The notes under the pieces were generated by a model. It saw nothing but the letters and a program-made list of their open reading frames with translations. It was not told the DNA's origin and searched no databases. Positions 49,391-59,071 of a DNA stretch of 64,000 nt are shown piece by piece. Position 1 is the stretch's first letter. Each line of letters begins with the position of its first letter. Source of the stretch: an uncultured archaeon (lineage in GTDB: Archaea; Thermoplasmatota; Thermoplasmata; Thermoplasmatales; Thermoplasmataceae); assembly GCA_000965745.1 (NCBI GenBank), contig CP009479.1:768001-832000 (forward strand), read 5' to 3'. The translations under genes and the position numbers were made by a program.

Positions 49391-50137
49391 ATGATAATCA
49401 TGTATATAGCTGGTGTTGAACTCAGTGGCCGGATAACGAGAAGAACCGTCAATGATTACATTCCGATGCTCAACTACATCAAAAACAAGAACAGGGTCGG
49501 TGGCCTCATTCTCGTTCTCAACTCAGAGGGCGGTGATGCAAACGCTTCAGAAATTCTCTACAATCAGATAAGGGAGATAAAGGAGAAGAAGCCCGTGTAC
49601 GCCCTGATTGAAGGCATGGGTGCTTCCGGAGCTTACTGGATAGCATCAGCATGCACCAAGCTCTTTGCCATGGAAACCTCGCTTGTAGGATCTATCGGTG
49701 TGATCAGTTTCTTTCCGAACGTCACTAAATTTCTGGACAAGATAGGCATTTCGGTGGAAGTAAACAAGATTGGTAATTACAAGGACATGACTTCCCCTTT
49801 CAAGGATATGGACCAGGAGTCCAGGGACAAATTCAAGAAGATAATGGAAGCCACATTCTCAAAATTCAGGGAGGATGTCATGAAGAACAGGAAGATACCC
49901 GAATCGTATCAGGAGGATGTTTTCAACGGTCAGATTTTTGCTTCAAGAGACGCATTGGAGAATGGGCTGATAGATGAAATCAGCGATATCTCCTCTGTTT
50001 CTGAGCAAATGGCAAAGGTACTCTCAATAAAGAGGAAGGTGAAGATGTTCTACCCCAGAAAGCCATTCATCTCAAGAATGATCACGTCTGAGATGGTGTC
50101 GGGCGTCATATCAGACGTCTTCAAAAGGGACCTTTAA
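49391..50137 (+). CDS. sppA: Signal peptide peptidase SppA (S49), soluble form
   Basis: NSEGG, ASGAYWIASAC, VGSIGV, GNYKD, GLIDE. Confidence 0.9.
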   Translation: MIIMYIAGVELSGRITRRTVNDYIPMLNYIKNKNRVGGLILVLNSEGGDANASEILYNQIREIKEKKPVYALIEGMGASGAYWIASACTKLFAMETSLVGSIGVISFFPNVTKFLDKIGISVEVNKIGNYKDMTSPFKDMDQESRDKFKKIMEATFSKFREDVMKNRKIPESYQEDVFNGQIFASRDALENGLIDEISDISSVSEQMAKVLSIKRKVKMFYPRKPFISRMITSEMVSGVISDVFKRDL

Positions 50138-50143
50138 GAACAA

Positions 50144-51082
50144 TCAGAGAGAGATGAGGTAAAGGATTATCATTATGGGCACGACAAAAATAATCAGGAA
50201 CGAGTATGCGGAAATATAATACACATTTAGTGCTCGCTTGACATCTGCGACAGTAGGTGAAAATCCGTTCGGGTTGAGTATGTAGTACCCGACTTTTTCG
50301 AGCCTGAGATTCAGCGATGTTGCCATTGCACCCATTGTCCAGCCGGTGTTTATGCTTTCAGGCATTGCCGCTGCGCGGCTCAGTGGTATGCTCTTCACTT
50401 TGTAGTTCATGAGCTCTGAACTGAACATGATCAGGAAGGCAGAGATTCTCGCAGGTATGTAATTTACAATTGTATGTATAACTGCGGTCGCCCTCCCAAA
50501 CTCAAAATTTCTGCTGTCCCTGTGGCCAATGACGGCATCAAGGGAATTCAGTATCTTGGCTACAAACGCGCCTAGCAAGCCAAAAACGGAAAAATAAAGG
50601 AGGGGTGAGACAAATCCGTATATGAGCCCCTTGGAAATGGATTCAATTGCTGCAGAGGCAATCTGCGCTTCTGTCAGGTGCTCTGTATCCCTTCTGACCA
50701 GCCTCGTCAGGTAAACCCGCGCCTCCATCAGGCTGCCTTTCTCAAGGGCCTCTATAACTGGCTTGACATGCTCTCTTACTGAAGTAAATGAAAATGCGCT
50801 CTTAAGTACAATTATGCCAATTATAACATAAACAACCATTATGGGGCTTACAAAATGAAGGACAACCCACACTGGCAGGGAATACAGGACAACAATGAAA
50901 AGAAGAAAGGCGAAACCTGCAAAGACAAGATTTCCCTTTCTGAAGTACCGGTCAAAATAATTTGAGACTCCACGGACAAACATGGACGGCTGCAGGTAAG
51001 CTCTTGGCTCCCCGAAAAGGATATCAATCGCGAGTGCCCCTATGAGCATTTCTATTCCAGTAACTATCCACAGTGTAGACAT
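50144..51082 (-). CDS. CbiB/CobD-like membrane protein (divergent)
   Basis: D..FGEP, LVRRDT, AAIES, N.LD..IG, NYIPARI, N.GW...AMA..L..RLEK.G.Y; several usually conserved residues changed. Confidence 0.8.
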   Translation of the reverse strand: MSTLWIVTGIEMLIGALAIDILFGEPRAYLQPSMFVRGVSNYFDRYFRKGNLVFAGFAFLLFIVVLYSLPVWVVLHFVSPIMVVYVIIGIIVLKSAFSFTSVREHVKPVIEALEKGSLMEARVYLTRLVRRDTEHLTEAQIASAAIESISKGLIYGFVSPLLYFSVFGLLGAFVAKILNSLDAVIGHRDSRNFEFGRATAVIHTIVNYIPARISAFLIMFSSELMNYKVKSIPLSRAAAMPESINTGWTMGAMATSLNLRLEKVGYYILNPNGFSPTVADVKRALNVYYISAYSFLIIFVVPIMIILYLISL

Positions 51083-51141
51083 TAAGGGTCTCTCTTAAAT
51101 TGGAAATTTATAATCGCAATAAAAGGTTTGTTCGATGATAG

Positions 51142-51187
51142 TTGTTTGAGTGCCGGATCAAACAATTGTTTCACAATGGTGTGAACA
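51142..51187. repeat. Tandem inverted repeats in the divergent cbiB/coiled-coil intergenic region
   Basis: TTGTTTGA-N8-TCAAACAA (51142-51165) and TGTT(T)CAC-N6-GTGAACA (51167-51187). Confidence 0.45.
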
Positions 51188-51359
51188 GGCGTTTCAAATT
51201 TCCAACACAGCTGTACTTCACAAAAAAGAAAATGAAGCTATATCCGAAATTCTGTTTCTGTTGTATCGTCTGTGACCGAAACTCCTGCCTCATATTAGTC
51301 GAAAGTTATATATTTGATTCCTTGATAAAGGGTCAGAATTTCTATAACGATGTGTTGCT

Positions 51360-52247
51360 ATGAGTGATCTTCTCCAAGAGTTTGAGCAAAAAAGGGAAGT
51401 TATCAGGAAGATAGTCGAAGAGCATGTCCGCAAGAGGGACGAGGCATCTCAGTTCAGCCATGAACAGGCTGAAGAAAGAGACACCTTAAATGCTAAAGTT
51501 CGAGAAATGAGAGACGAAGCTAAGAAGAAAATAGCTGAGAAAAGCGAACTTATCGAAACTGTCCAGAAGCTTCGTGCAGAAAAAGAGGAACATTACAAGA
51601 ATCTATCAGAGTTGCGAAAGGAACTCAGAAAGATCAGAGAGACTACTGATATTCAGGGTATTGACAGCAAAGAGATCAGGATCAAGGAGAAAGAACTCCA
51701 GAAACTTGAACTCAAGCAACAGACGACACAGTTGAATAAGACAGAGGAATTGAAGGTTGTCTCGGAAATCAAGAGGTTCAGCAATGAGATACGCAGGCTC
51801 AAGAAACAAAGAGATACCGAATTGCAGAGCAATTCAGTTGTCCGTGAATTGAGCGAGAAAATTAACGAGGAAAGGCAGAAAGGGGAAGGGCTCAAGAAGG
51901 AAATTGAGGAAATCTCCAACAAGATTTCTGCAATCAGCGATGATATCAACACCAGGCTTCAGGAGCTTGATGAGGTTAGAAAGAACGCTGATACATTCCA
52001 CGAACAGTTTATCAAATTCAGCCAGGAATCTGAAAAAGAGCATGAAGCGTTCATCAAAGCCAAGAATGATCTCAGGGACCTTGAAAAAGTCATATCAAGC
52101 CTGAGAACCAAGAACAAAACCACGAAGAAGAAAGAGAAAGAGGGAGAACTTCAGAAGAAAGCCACAACCCTGTTTGACAAATTCAAGAAAGGTGAACAGC
52201 TAACTACCGAGGACCTGCTCATTTTACAGAAGGCAGGTTTTCTCTGA
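51360..52247 (+). CDS. Archaeal long coiled-coil protein (COG1340-like)
   Basis: Continuous E/K/R heptads, QQT..L...EE, C-terminal KKGEQLTTEDLLILQ. Confidence 0.85.
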   Translation: MSDLLQEFEQKREVIRKIVEEHVRKRDEASQFSHEQAEERDTLNAKVREMRDEAKKKIAEKSELIETVQKLRAEKEEHYKNLSELRKELRKIRETTDIQGIDSKEIRIKEKELQKLELKQQTTQLNKTEELKVVSEIKRFSNEIRRLKKQRDTELQSNSVVRELSEKINEERQKGEGLKKEIEEISNKISAISDDINTRLQELDEVRKNADTFHEQFIKFSQESEKEHEAFIKAKNDLRDLEKVISSLRTKNKTTKKKEKEGELQKKATTLFDKFKKGEQLTTEDLLILQKAGFL

Positions 52248-52253
52248 GGGCAT

Positions 52254-52637
52254 TTGATCCGCAGAGTGGGTCTTGGTCTATTAGTAACTGGCATACTCCT
52301 CTACGTCATATTTTCGGCTCTCGGGATAGTCCGTGCTGGAGTTTTCATAATATTCCCGTTCTTTGTCAGCAATAACGCTCTGTCATTGATACCTTTGGTT
52401 TTCATACTGTCCGGCTTTCTTCTCATGTTTACAGCTCCCGCAGAAAGAATAAGCCGCCAAGGGAAGGAGGAGCAGGAACATTACCCTGAAACCGAAAAAG
52501 AGAACAGGAAATTTGGCGGTCTGGTAATGATCGGCCCAATCCCAATCATTTTCGTAAACGACAGGAAAATAATTTACATCCTTGCAGGAGTCGCAGCAGC
52601 TATCCTACTGGTTCTCCTCCTGTATTATCTCAGATGA
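52254..52637 (+). CDS. DUF131/TIGR00304-like membrane protein
   Basis: AGVFIIFPF and GGLVMIGPIPIIF motifs; about 3 TMs. Confidence 0.82.
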   Translation: MIRRVGLGLLVTGILLYVIFSALGIVRAGVFIIFPFFVSNNALSLIPLVFILSGFLLMFTAPAERISRQGKEEQEHYPETEKENRKFGGLVMIGPIPIIFVNDRKIIYILAGVAAAILLVLLLYYLR

Positions 52638-53705
52638 GAGCGAGACCTGGTAAACCCTTGAATTGCTCTGGAGATTAAGGCGCGGTGAAAGAACACTCTC
52701 ATGGATTTCACAGTTTTCTCCTATTGTTGTCTGCCGCATAATTACGGAGCGGTCAATGTTGGTTTTATCCTTGACCCTGGAGGAATCCATGAGTATGGAA
52801 TCTGTTATTTCAACATCGTCCCCGATTGTAACGCCGTCATATATTGCAGACCGCTTTATGACCGCATTCTTTCCGATGGAGACATTCTCCCCGATATATG
52901 TCGGGCCCTCAATAACGGTGTCTGAGTTTCCAGTCCCTATTCTTCTGGACTTGATGATAACCTTCCCTTTCGTGTTCTCGCTATTCATCTCAGTTCCGTA
53001 CTTTTCAGTCATTATCTGGTTGGCCCTGATCATGTCATTGGGCCTTCCCGTATCAAGCCATGTCCCGCTCCCCACATACCCGTATATTTTCTCACTCTCT
53101 TTCAGGAGTTTGGGGAAGAGCTGCTTGGCAAAATCATACTGGATTCCGGACGGGATGTGATCAATGACTTCAGGCTCCATTATGTAGACGCCTGCATTTA
53201 TCAGATTGGAAAAAGTCTCATCCTTGGACGGTTTCTCCAGGAATCTTACAACAAGATCATTCTTGAGCTCCACTATTCCAAACTGTGAAGGATCATCAAC
53301 CGTTGTAAGGCCAATGGTAAGTTTCGACTTCTTTTCCTTATGGAACCTGAGCATGTCAGAAATATCGAAATCAACAAGCGTATCCCCGCTTCCTATTATT
53401 ACGGTATCATCAACAAATTCCCTGACCAGCTTCACGCTTCCGGCAGTTCCTGCAGGCTCTTTTTCCACTGAGAAGAGAATATTCTGGTCCTCGTTCTTGA
53501 ATTCCAGAACACCCATTATAAGCGACTCAAATTTGTATCCTGTAGTGATGATTACATTTTTCACTCCAGCATTGTAATAAGAATTAATTGAGTAGTCTAT
53601 GCACGGCTTTCCCGCAATAGGAACAAGGGGCTTTGGTATGGAATATGTTATCGGCCTGAGCCGGGTGCCTTTGCCTCCAGCCATGATTACTGCCTTAAGT
53701 GCCAT
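52605..53705 (-). CDS. NDP-sugar pyrophosphorylase (mannose-1-P guanylyltransferase-like)
   Basis: AVIMAGGKGTRLRPIT..IPKPL, GTAGSV, FLEKP, NAGVY, WLDTG, C-terminal hexapeptide repeats. Confidence 0.92.
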   Translation of the reverse strand: MALKAVIMAGGKGTRLRPITYSIPKPLVPIAGKPCIDYSINSYYNAGVKNVIITTGYKFESLIMGVLEFKNEDQNILFSVEKEPAGTAGSVKLVREFVDDTVIIGSGDTLVDFDISDMLRFHKEKKSKLTIGLTTVDDPSQFGIVELKNDLVVRFLEKPSKDETFSNLINAGVYIMEPEVIDHIPSGIQYDFAKQLFPKLLKESEKIYGYVGSGTWLDTGRPNDMIRANQIMTEKYGTEMNSENTKGKVIIKSRRIGTGNSDTVIEGPTYIGENVSIGKNAVIKRSAIYDGVTIGDDVEITDSILMDSSRVKDKTNIDRSVIMRQTTIGENCEIHESVLSPRLNLQSNSRVYQVSLSSEIIQEENQ

Positions 53706-53856
53706 GGTTAAGAATGCTCCTGAAATTATTAACATTTATTCTCTATGGCCAGATATTTCCACCACCCCTACCGGGGGAACCTGGACTCCATGCGAAATGA
53801 ACCTGTGCAGGCGCACACAAAATAAATAAATCAAAGGTGATATTTACCCGAATTAT

Positions 53857-55044
53857 ATGAACAAGACCATTCTACTGGTTCCATACTGGATTCTGCTTTT
53901 CAGTATCGGTTTCGGCTGGTTTATCCTGGCCCCGCTTGTACCCGGGCTAATCTCTGATTTCAATGTTTCTGCAGGTATGATCATTCTTCTGATCTCCATC
54001 TACGGATACGCCATGGTGGTTCTGGGGCTGTTGTCCGGATTTCTTTCCGCCAAGTTTACAGCCCGGTTCTCTCTCTCGCTGGCAGGAGCCCTCTCTATTG
54101 TGGGACTCGCGGGAAGGGCTTTCTCGACAAATTACGATGAACTCATCATATTTCAGGTCATAGCTGCTGCAGCTTACCCGCTGGCAATGGCTCCAGTCGG
54201 AAGCGTGGCCACTTCCATAAACCAGGACAAATCCCACACAATAGTCGGCATAAGCGTGGGATCGCTTTTCATGGGAATGGCAATGGGCTCCTTTATCGGC
54301 CCCCGGTTATTCACGCAACTTGGGCTGCAGAATACACTCCTCACAACCCTCGTTCTCTCTGTGGCTGCTATGGCACTCCTTCTTACTGTTGTCGGAAAAT
54401 ATCCTTCAAAATATCAGGGGAAATCTCTCAGGGGCTCTTTTGAGCCGAGCATGGTCAAGAACTGGTACATAGGCCTTGTAATATCCTCTCTCGCAGTAAT
54501 GTTCTCTTCCATCGCTTCAGAATCGCTTGTTGATCAGAGTGTTGCAGACGCAATAGCATACGGCGGCCTTTTCGGAGGGCTATCTTTCCTCGGTTCAGGC
54601 CTGGGGGCAATCATTCTGCCGCCGGTATTTGAGAGGTCGGGCACATTGAAGACAGGTCTGATAGTAACTTCGGTGTTATCGCTTCTTTCAATCTTTGTCC
54701 TCGCATATTTCCTGGTTCACTTCTCTATTTTCTATGTTGCAGCATCGGGATTTTTCCTGTTCGGATTCTTTGGAAACTCATTCTGGGCAATGGCTATGAC
54801 ATCTACTACAAAATACGTGAAAGATCCAGCACAGGCTGGATTTGCCACATCCATGTTCAGCGTAGCTACAAACCTGGGAGTCGCCTTCATCCCCGTCTTT
54901 CTTGGTCCGTTCTTCCTCTCAAACCCGGCAATAGGAATATCAATAGTGGTTCTCATGGTGCTCGTCGCATTTGCAATGTCACCCACCCTCAGGGTTGGCC
55001 CAGACGATGTACAATCATCATCAGGCGAGGGAGCGGAGGTTTGA
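53857..55044 (+). CDS. MFS transporter
   Basis: About 12 TMs; motif A-like SGFLSAKFTAR. Confidence 0.88.
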   Translation: MNKTILLVPYWILLFSIGFGWFILAPLVPGLISDFNVSAGMIILLISIYGYAMVVLGLLSGFLSAKFTARFSLSLAGALSIVGLAGRAFSTNYDELIIFQVIAAAAYPLAMAPVGSVATSINQDKSHTIVGISVGSLFMGMAMGSFIGPRLFTQLGLQNTLLTTLVLSVAAMALLLTVVGKYPSKYQGKSLRGSFEPSMVKNWYIGLVISSLAVMFSSIASESLVDQSVADAIAYGGLFGGLSFLGSGLGAIILPPVFERSGTLKTGLIVTSVLSLLSIFVLAYFLVHFSIFYVAASGFFLFGFFGNSFWAMAMTSTTKYVKDPAQAGFATSMFSVATNLGVAFIPVFLGPFFLSNPAIGISIVVLMVLVAFAMSPTLRVGPDDVQSSSGEGAEV

Positions 55045-55162
55045 TCGCCACCATATAGTCATTCCGCCCTTATTTTATCAGGGGCATTCCGGACATTTTC
55101 GGTTTTGAGAAATAAGTGCTAATACTACAAAAGAATAAATTTGGTAATGATATATTCATATA

Positions 55163-56569
55163 ATGTCTAGACTCCATCTCCCCGTATCCTTTGGAAAGAA
55201 TACCGATCAGTTGCTGGCGATGATAGAAGGCTCAGACCCTTCACAATCCTACGATCTTCTGGCCAACCTGAAAAATCTTGGAAAAAGTGAAAGCGAGATA
55301 GTATCTTTGCTGGCTCTTTCCTCTGCAAAATGGATCGATCATTCGGGCCCATATATAGGACACGGAATTCTTAACGCCAATCCTACGCTGAGATCTATTG
55401 AGCTTATGGCGGGAGATGATGCTGATCTGCCCTTGCTGCAGATGTCCATGTACGTTTCCGAACTGATGCGGCACCCTAATTACGGGCCTTACGAAATGCA
55501 GCAGATAGAAGGAATAGAGGGCGATTCTGAAACTGAAACAGCCGCCGATTTGTCCAAGGCAATAAGGTCAGGCAGCAGCAGGTATATGGCCGAGAAACTG
55601 TTCACTGGCCTTTATTCACAGGCTGGGAGGAGCACTGGTGAGTACCTTCTCTATGAAGCTCTTATGCAATATGGTGAGAATGAACACAGACTGCTTCTTC
55701 CTTACCACACAATCAAACTGCTGGAAAGGAACAACTGGGAGAACGCAGTCACATGTCTGAGGCCAACAGTGCAATATCTTTCCGCCAATCCCGACATCTC
55801 ACATGGGGTCAAGGCAGAGCAGCTTTCCAAGACGGTGGACTTCGGCGAGATAATCAGCAGGGGGGACGCTTTTGACCAGGAGAATTCCTATGATCTGACG
55901 AGAATGCTTCTGAATTCAGTACTGGGCAACGAGATGATAGTCCTTGCGGACTACGCCAAAAGATCCACGTTGCAGGATATGTACGAGGCAATAGCCCTGT
56001 CCAGCACCATACTGCTTCTAAATTCGGACCTTGAACAGCATTCAGTAACGGGGAAACATTGCATACTGTCAATGATCAAGGACAGGGATCTTCCTGACAG
56101 AATCAAGAAGATAGCACTTCTCTCATCGCTTGAGGGGCCAAGGGCACGCAGGATAAAAGCGTACATCCTGAAATCGCTGGACGCATATATGAAGGTGCCA
56201 GACATTCCGGAGACGGCAAGCGAAGAGGATCTTCTTAGCAGGCTGGAAGGCGAGATACTCAAGGGGCAGCAGGAAAACGCATTCAAGCTTTCAGGAAGTT
56301 ATGTAAGGTCGGGATACAGCACTGATCGTCTCGCAAAGGCACTCCTTTCTATCTGTTTCAGGACAGAGAGCCCGTTTGAGTCATTGCACACAAGCAAGAT
56401 GCTCGTAGGCATGAGGGACGTTACAGTCTCTTCTGAAAGCGATATGAAATGGATTCATTTGGCTGCTGCTTCCAGATTCGTAGCAGAAATGGTGAAAAAA
56501 GAAAAGGCAGCTTCAAAAACTGCCATGGAATATTACAGGAAATACAGGGAAATAGTGGGGACAGACTGA
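55163..56569 (+). CDS. Hypothetical all-helical protein with four His-containing repeats
   Basis: 468-aa ORF filling the MFS-hutU gap; His67, 175, 293 and 409 in similar contexts. Confidence 0.8.
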   Translation: MSRLHLPVSFGKNTDQLLAMIEGSDPSQSYDLLANLKNLGKSESEIVSLLALSSAKWIDHSGPYIGHGILNANPTLRSIELMAGDDADLPLLQMSMYVSELMRHPNYGPYEMQQIEGIEGDSETETAADLSKAIRSGSSRYMAEKLFTGLYSQAGRSTGEYLLYEALMQYGENEHRLLLPYHTIKLLERNNWENAVTCLRPTVQYLSANPDISHGVKAEQLSKTVDFGEIISRGDAFDQENSYDLTRMLLNSVLGNEMIVLADYAKRSTLQDMYEAIALSSTILLLNSDLEQHSVTGKHCILSMIKDRDLPDRIKKIALLSSLEGPRARRIKAYILKSLDAYMKVPDIPETASEEDLLSRLEGEILKGQQENAFKLSGSYVRSGYSTDRLAKALLSICFRTESPFESLHTSKMLVGMRDVTVSSESDMKWIHLAAASRFVAEMVKKEKAASKTAMEYYRKYREIVGTD

Positions 56570-56587
56570 TCGGCTGCTCCTGGCAGA

Positions 56588-58243
56588 TCACCTGAAATAT
56601 GGTGTCCTGAACTTTACTCCCTTTTCTATGAGTTTTCTCGATCTCTCATATCCTGCATCAGCATGCCTTATCACTCCAAGGCCCGGATCAGCGTTAAGAA
56701 CTCTCTTCATTCTTTCCTCGCTTTCGGAGGTTCCATCCGCAACCATCACGAAACCCGCATGAATGGCGTTTCCAATTCCGGTTCCACCGCCGTGATGGAC
56801 TGATACCCATGAAGCCCCTGATATCGCATTAAGAAGTGCATTGAGTATTGGCCAGTCTGCGATTGCATCGCTTCCATCCTTCATTGCCTCTGTCTCCCTG
56901 TATGGTGAGGCCACGGACCCTGTGTCGTGATGATCCCTTCCAATTGCAACCGGAGCCTTCAGCTCGCCTTTCCTTACCATATCATTTATCATCAGGCCGA
57001 TAGCCTCCCTCTGCCCGTATTCAGCATAACATATTCTGGCAGGAAGCCCCTGAAAACTGACCTTCTCCTTTGCCAGCTTTATCCATTTTACCAGGTGCTT
57101 GTCATCAGCAAAATTCCTGATTATGGCATCATCTATCCTGTATATGTCTTCCGGGTCGCCAGATAGGGCTACCCACCTGAAAGGGCCTGATCCAACGGAA
57201 AAAAGGTCCCTTATGTACCCTGGGACATATCCCGGGATTTCAAAGGCATTCTCCATGCCTCCTTCCTGGGCCCTCCCTCGCAGGTTGTTACCGTAATCAA
57301 ACGCAACAGAACCCCTGGACTTGAACCAGAGGATGGCTTTTGCCTCCTTCACTATTGATTCATAGACCTTCTTCAGGTAACCATCCCTGTCTTTCTTGAA
57401 GAAACTGGCCGCAGTCTCCACCGTGTAACCTTCGGGGATGTAACCTACATTAATGTCGTGGGCCGCCGTCTGATCGGACACTATATCCGGAACTATACCA
57501 CGCTCCATCAATTCGTTGTAGACGGTCGCCGCATTTCCAAGAACAGCAATGGACAGGGGCTTTCTTTTGGCAACATACTCATCCTTGAGCTTGAGTGCTT
57601 CTTCAAGAGATTCCGCCTGCATGTCCAGGTAATTGTCCCTCAGCCTTCTCCTGATCTTCTCCTCATCCACCTCTATTATTACAGACACGCCGCCATTCAT
57701 TGTCACAGCAAGCGGCTGTGCGCCTCCCATCTCCCCAAGTCCTGACGAAAGCAGCCACTTCCCGGATAGATCATCCCGGTCAAATTCCTTTCTGGATATG
57801 GCAGACAGTGTTTCATAGGTTCCCTGCAGGATGCCCTGTGTCCCGATATAAATCCAGCTTCCTGCTGTCATCTGCCCGTACATTGTCAGGCCTCTGGCCT
57901 CAAGATCCCAGAAAATATCATCGGTTGCCCATTTTGGAACAATCTGGGCATTTGAAATTAGAACCCTCGGGCTGCCGGGGGTGGTCCTGAAAATTCCAAC
58001 CGGTTTTCCGGACTGTACCAGCAGCGTTTCGTCATTTTCAAGATCCTTGAGTGACTGCACAATCTTGTCATACGCTTCCCAGTTTCTCGCAGCTTTTCCT
58101 TTCCCACCGTAAACAATCAGGTTGTCCGGGTCCTTTGCCACCATTGGATCAAGGTTGTTCATCAGGAGTCTTAGGGCCGCCTCCTGGTGCCATCCTTTGG
58201 TGACGAGCCTGGAACCTTTTGGAGCGTGAATTTCTTTGAGCAT
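56588..58243 (-). CDS. hutU: Urocanate hydratase
   Basis: [55 protein letters not shown]; start moved to MLKEIHAP. Confidence 0.97.
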   Translation of the reverse strand: MLKEIHAPKGSRLVTKGWHQEAALRLLMNNLDPMVAKDPDNLIVYGGKGKAARNWEAYDKIVQSLKDLENDETLLVQSGKPVGIFRTTPGSPRVLISNAQIVPKWATDDIFWDLEARGLTMYGQMTAGSWIYIGTQGILQGTYETLSAISRKEFDRDDLSGKWLLSSGLGEMGGAQPLAVTMNGGVSVIIEVDEEKIRRRLRDNYLDMQAESLEEALKLKDEYVAKRKPLSIAVLGNAATVYNELMERGIVPDIVSDQTAAHDINVGYIPEGYTVETAASFFKKDRDGYLKKVYESIVKEAKAILWFKSRGSVAFDYGNNLRGRAQEGGMENAFEIPGYVPGYIRDLFSVGSGPFRWVALSGDPEDIYRIDDAIIRNFADDKHLVKWIKLAKEKVSFQGLPARICYAEYGQREAIGLMINDMVRKGELKAPVAIGRDHHDTGSVASPYRETEAMKDGSDAIADWPILNALLNAISGASWVSVHHGGGTGIGNAIHAGFVMVADGTSESEERMKRVLNADPGLGVIRHADAGYERSRKLIEKGVKFRTPYFR

Positions 58244-58306
58244 CAAAACCAAAATAATATGTTTAAAAGCAAAATATACTTTCCGCTGATATACGGGTTT
58301 TGACAG

Positions 58307-59071
58307 ATGTCTGTGAGATTTGCCTCCTGGAACGTAAATGGAATAAGGGCTGCCAGCAAGAATGGCCTGGTAGAATTCATCGAGAAATACGAATTTGACG
58401 CCATAATGCTGCAGGAAATAAAGGCAGACAAAAAACAGGTCCCCGAGGAACTCCATCATTACGGCTATTACGTTGAGGTATTCCCCTCCAGAAAGAAGGG
58501 GTATTCAGGCACCATGTGCATGTTCAAGGACAAAGCAGTATCGGTGAAGAACGGGATAGGGGACAGGGATTTTGATTCAGAAGGCCGGGTTCAGGTATTG
58601 GAGTATGACGGATACTTTCTGGTCAATTCATACTTTCCGAATTCACAGCGTGGACTGACAAGGCTGGGATACAAGCTTCAGTTCAACGATCTCTTTCTTG
58701 AATTCTGCGACGACCTGAGGAAAGAAAAACCTGTCATCATATGCGGCGATTTCAATGTGGCACACGAAGACAGAGATATAGCACGGCCTAATGACAACAG
58801 GAAAAATGCAGGTTTCACCGAAGAAGAAAGGACATGGATGACAAAGTTTCTCGATTCAGGATACCTGGACACATTCAGGATGTTTAGCGATGAGGGTGGC
58901 CAATACACCTGGTGGACATACAGGTTCAACGCAAGGGAAAGAAATATAGGCTGGAGGATAGATTATTTCATAGTTTCAGAAGAATTGAAAAATAAGGTGA
59001 AGGGTGCTGGTATTTTGCAGGAAGTATCCGGCTCTGATCATGCACCTGTTTTTATGGAGCTTGAATCCTAG
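58307..59071 (+). CDS. xth: Exodeoxyribonuclease III / AP endonuclease
   Basis: [40 protein letters not shown]. Confidence 0.96.
   Translation: MSVRFASWNVNGIRAASKNGLVEFIEKYEFDAIMLQEIKADKKQVPEELHHYGYYVEVFPSRKKGYSGTMCMFKDKAVSVKNGIGDRDFDSEGRVQVLEYDGYFLVNSYFPNSQRGLTRLGYKLQFNDLFLEFCDDLRKEKPVIICGDFNVAHEDRDIARPNDNRKNAGFTEEERTWMTKFLDSGYLDTFRMFSDEGGQYTWWTYRFNARERNIGWRIDYFIVSEELKNKVKGAGILQEVSGSDHAPVFMELES

Noticed and set aside
51142-51363. 73-aa Cys-containing ORF in the cbiB intergenic region
   Set aside because: TTG start without RBS, runs across promoter elements, implausible composition
53745-53820. Possible TPP riboswitch upstream of the MFS gene (GAACCTG, short hairpins)
   Set aside because: Lacks the CTGAGA and TAAT..GCG.AGGGA core elements
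58244-58459. N-terminal extension of hutU overlapping xth
   Set aside because: HutU similarity begins at 58243; the extension is antisense to xth
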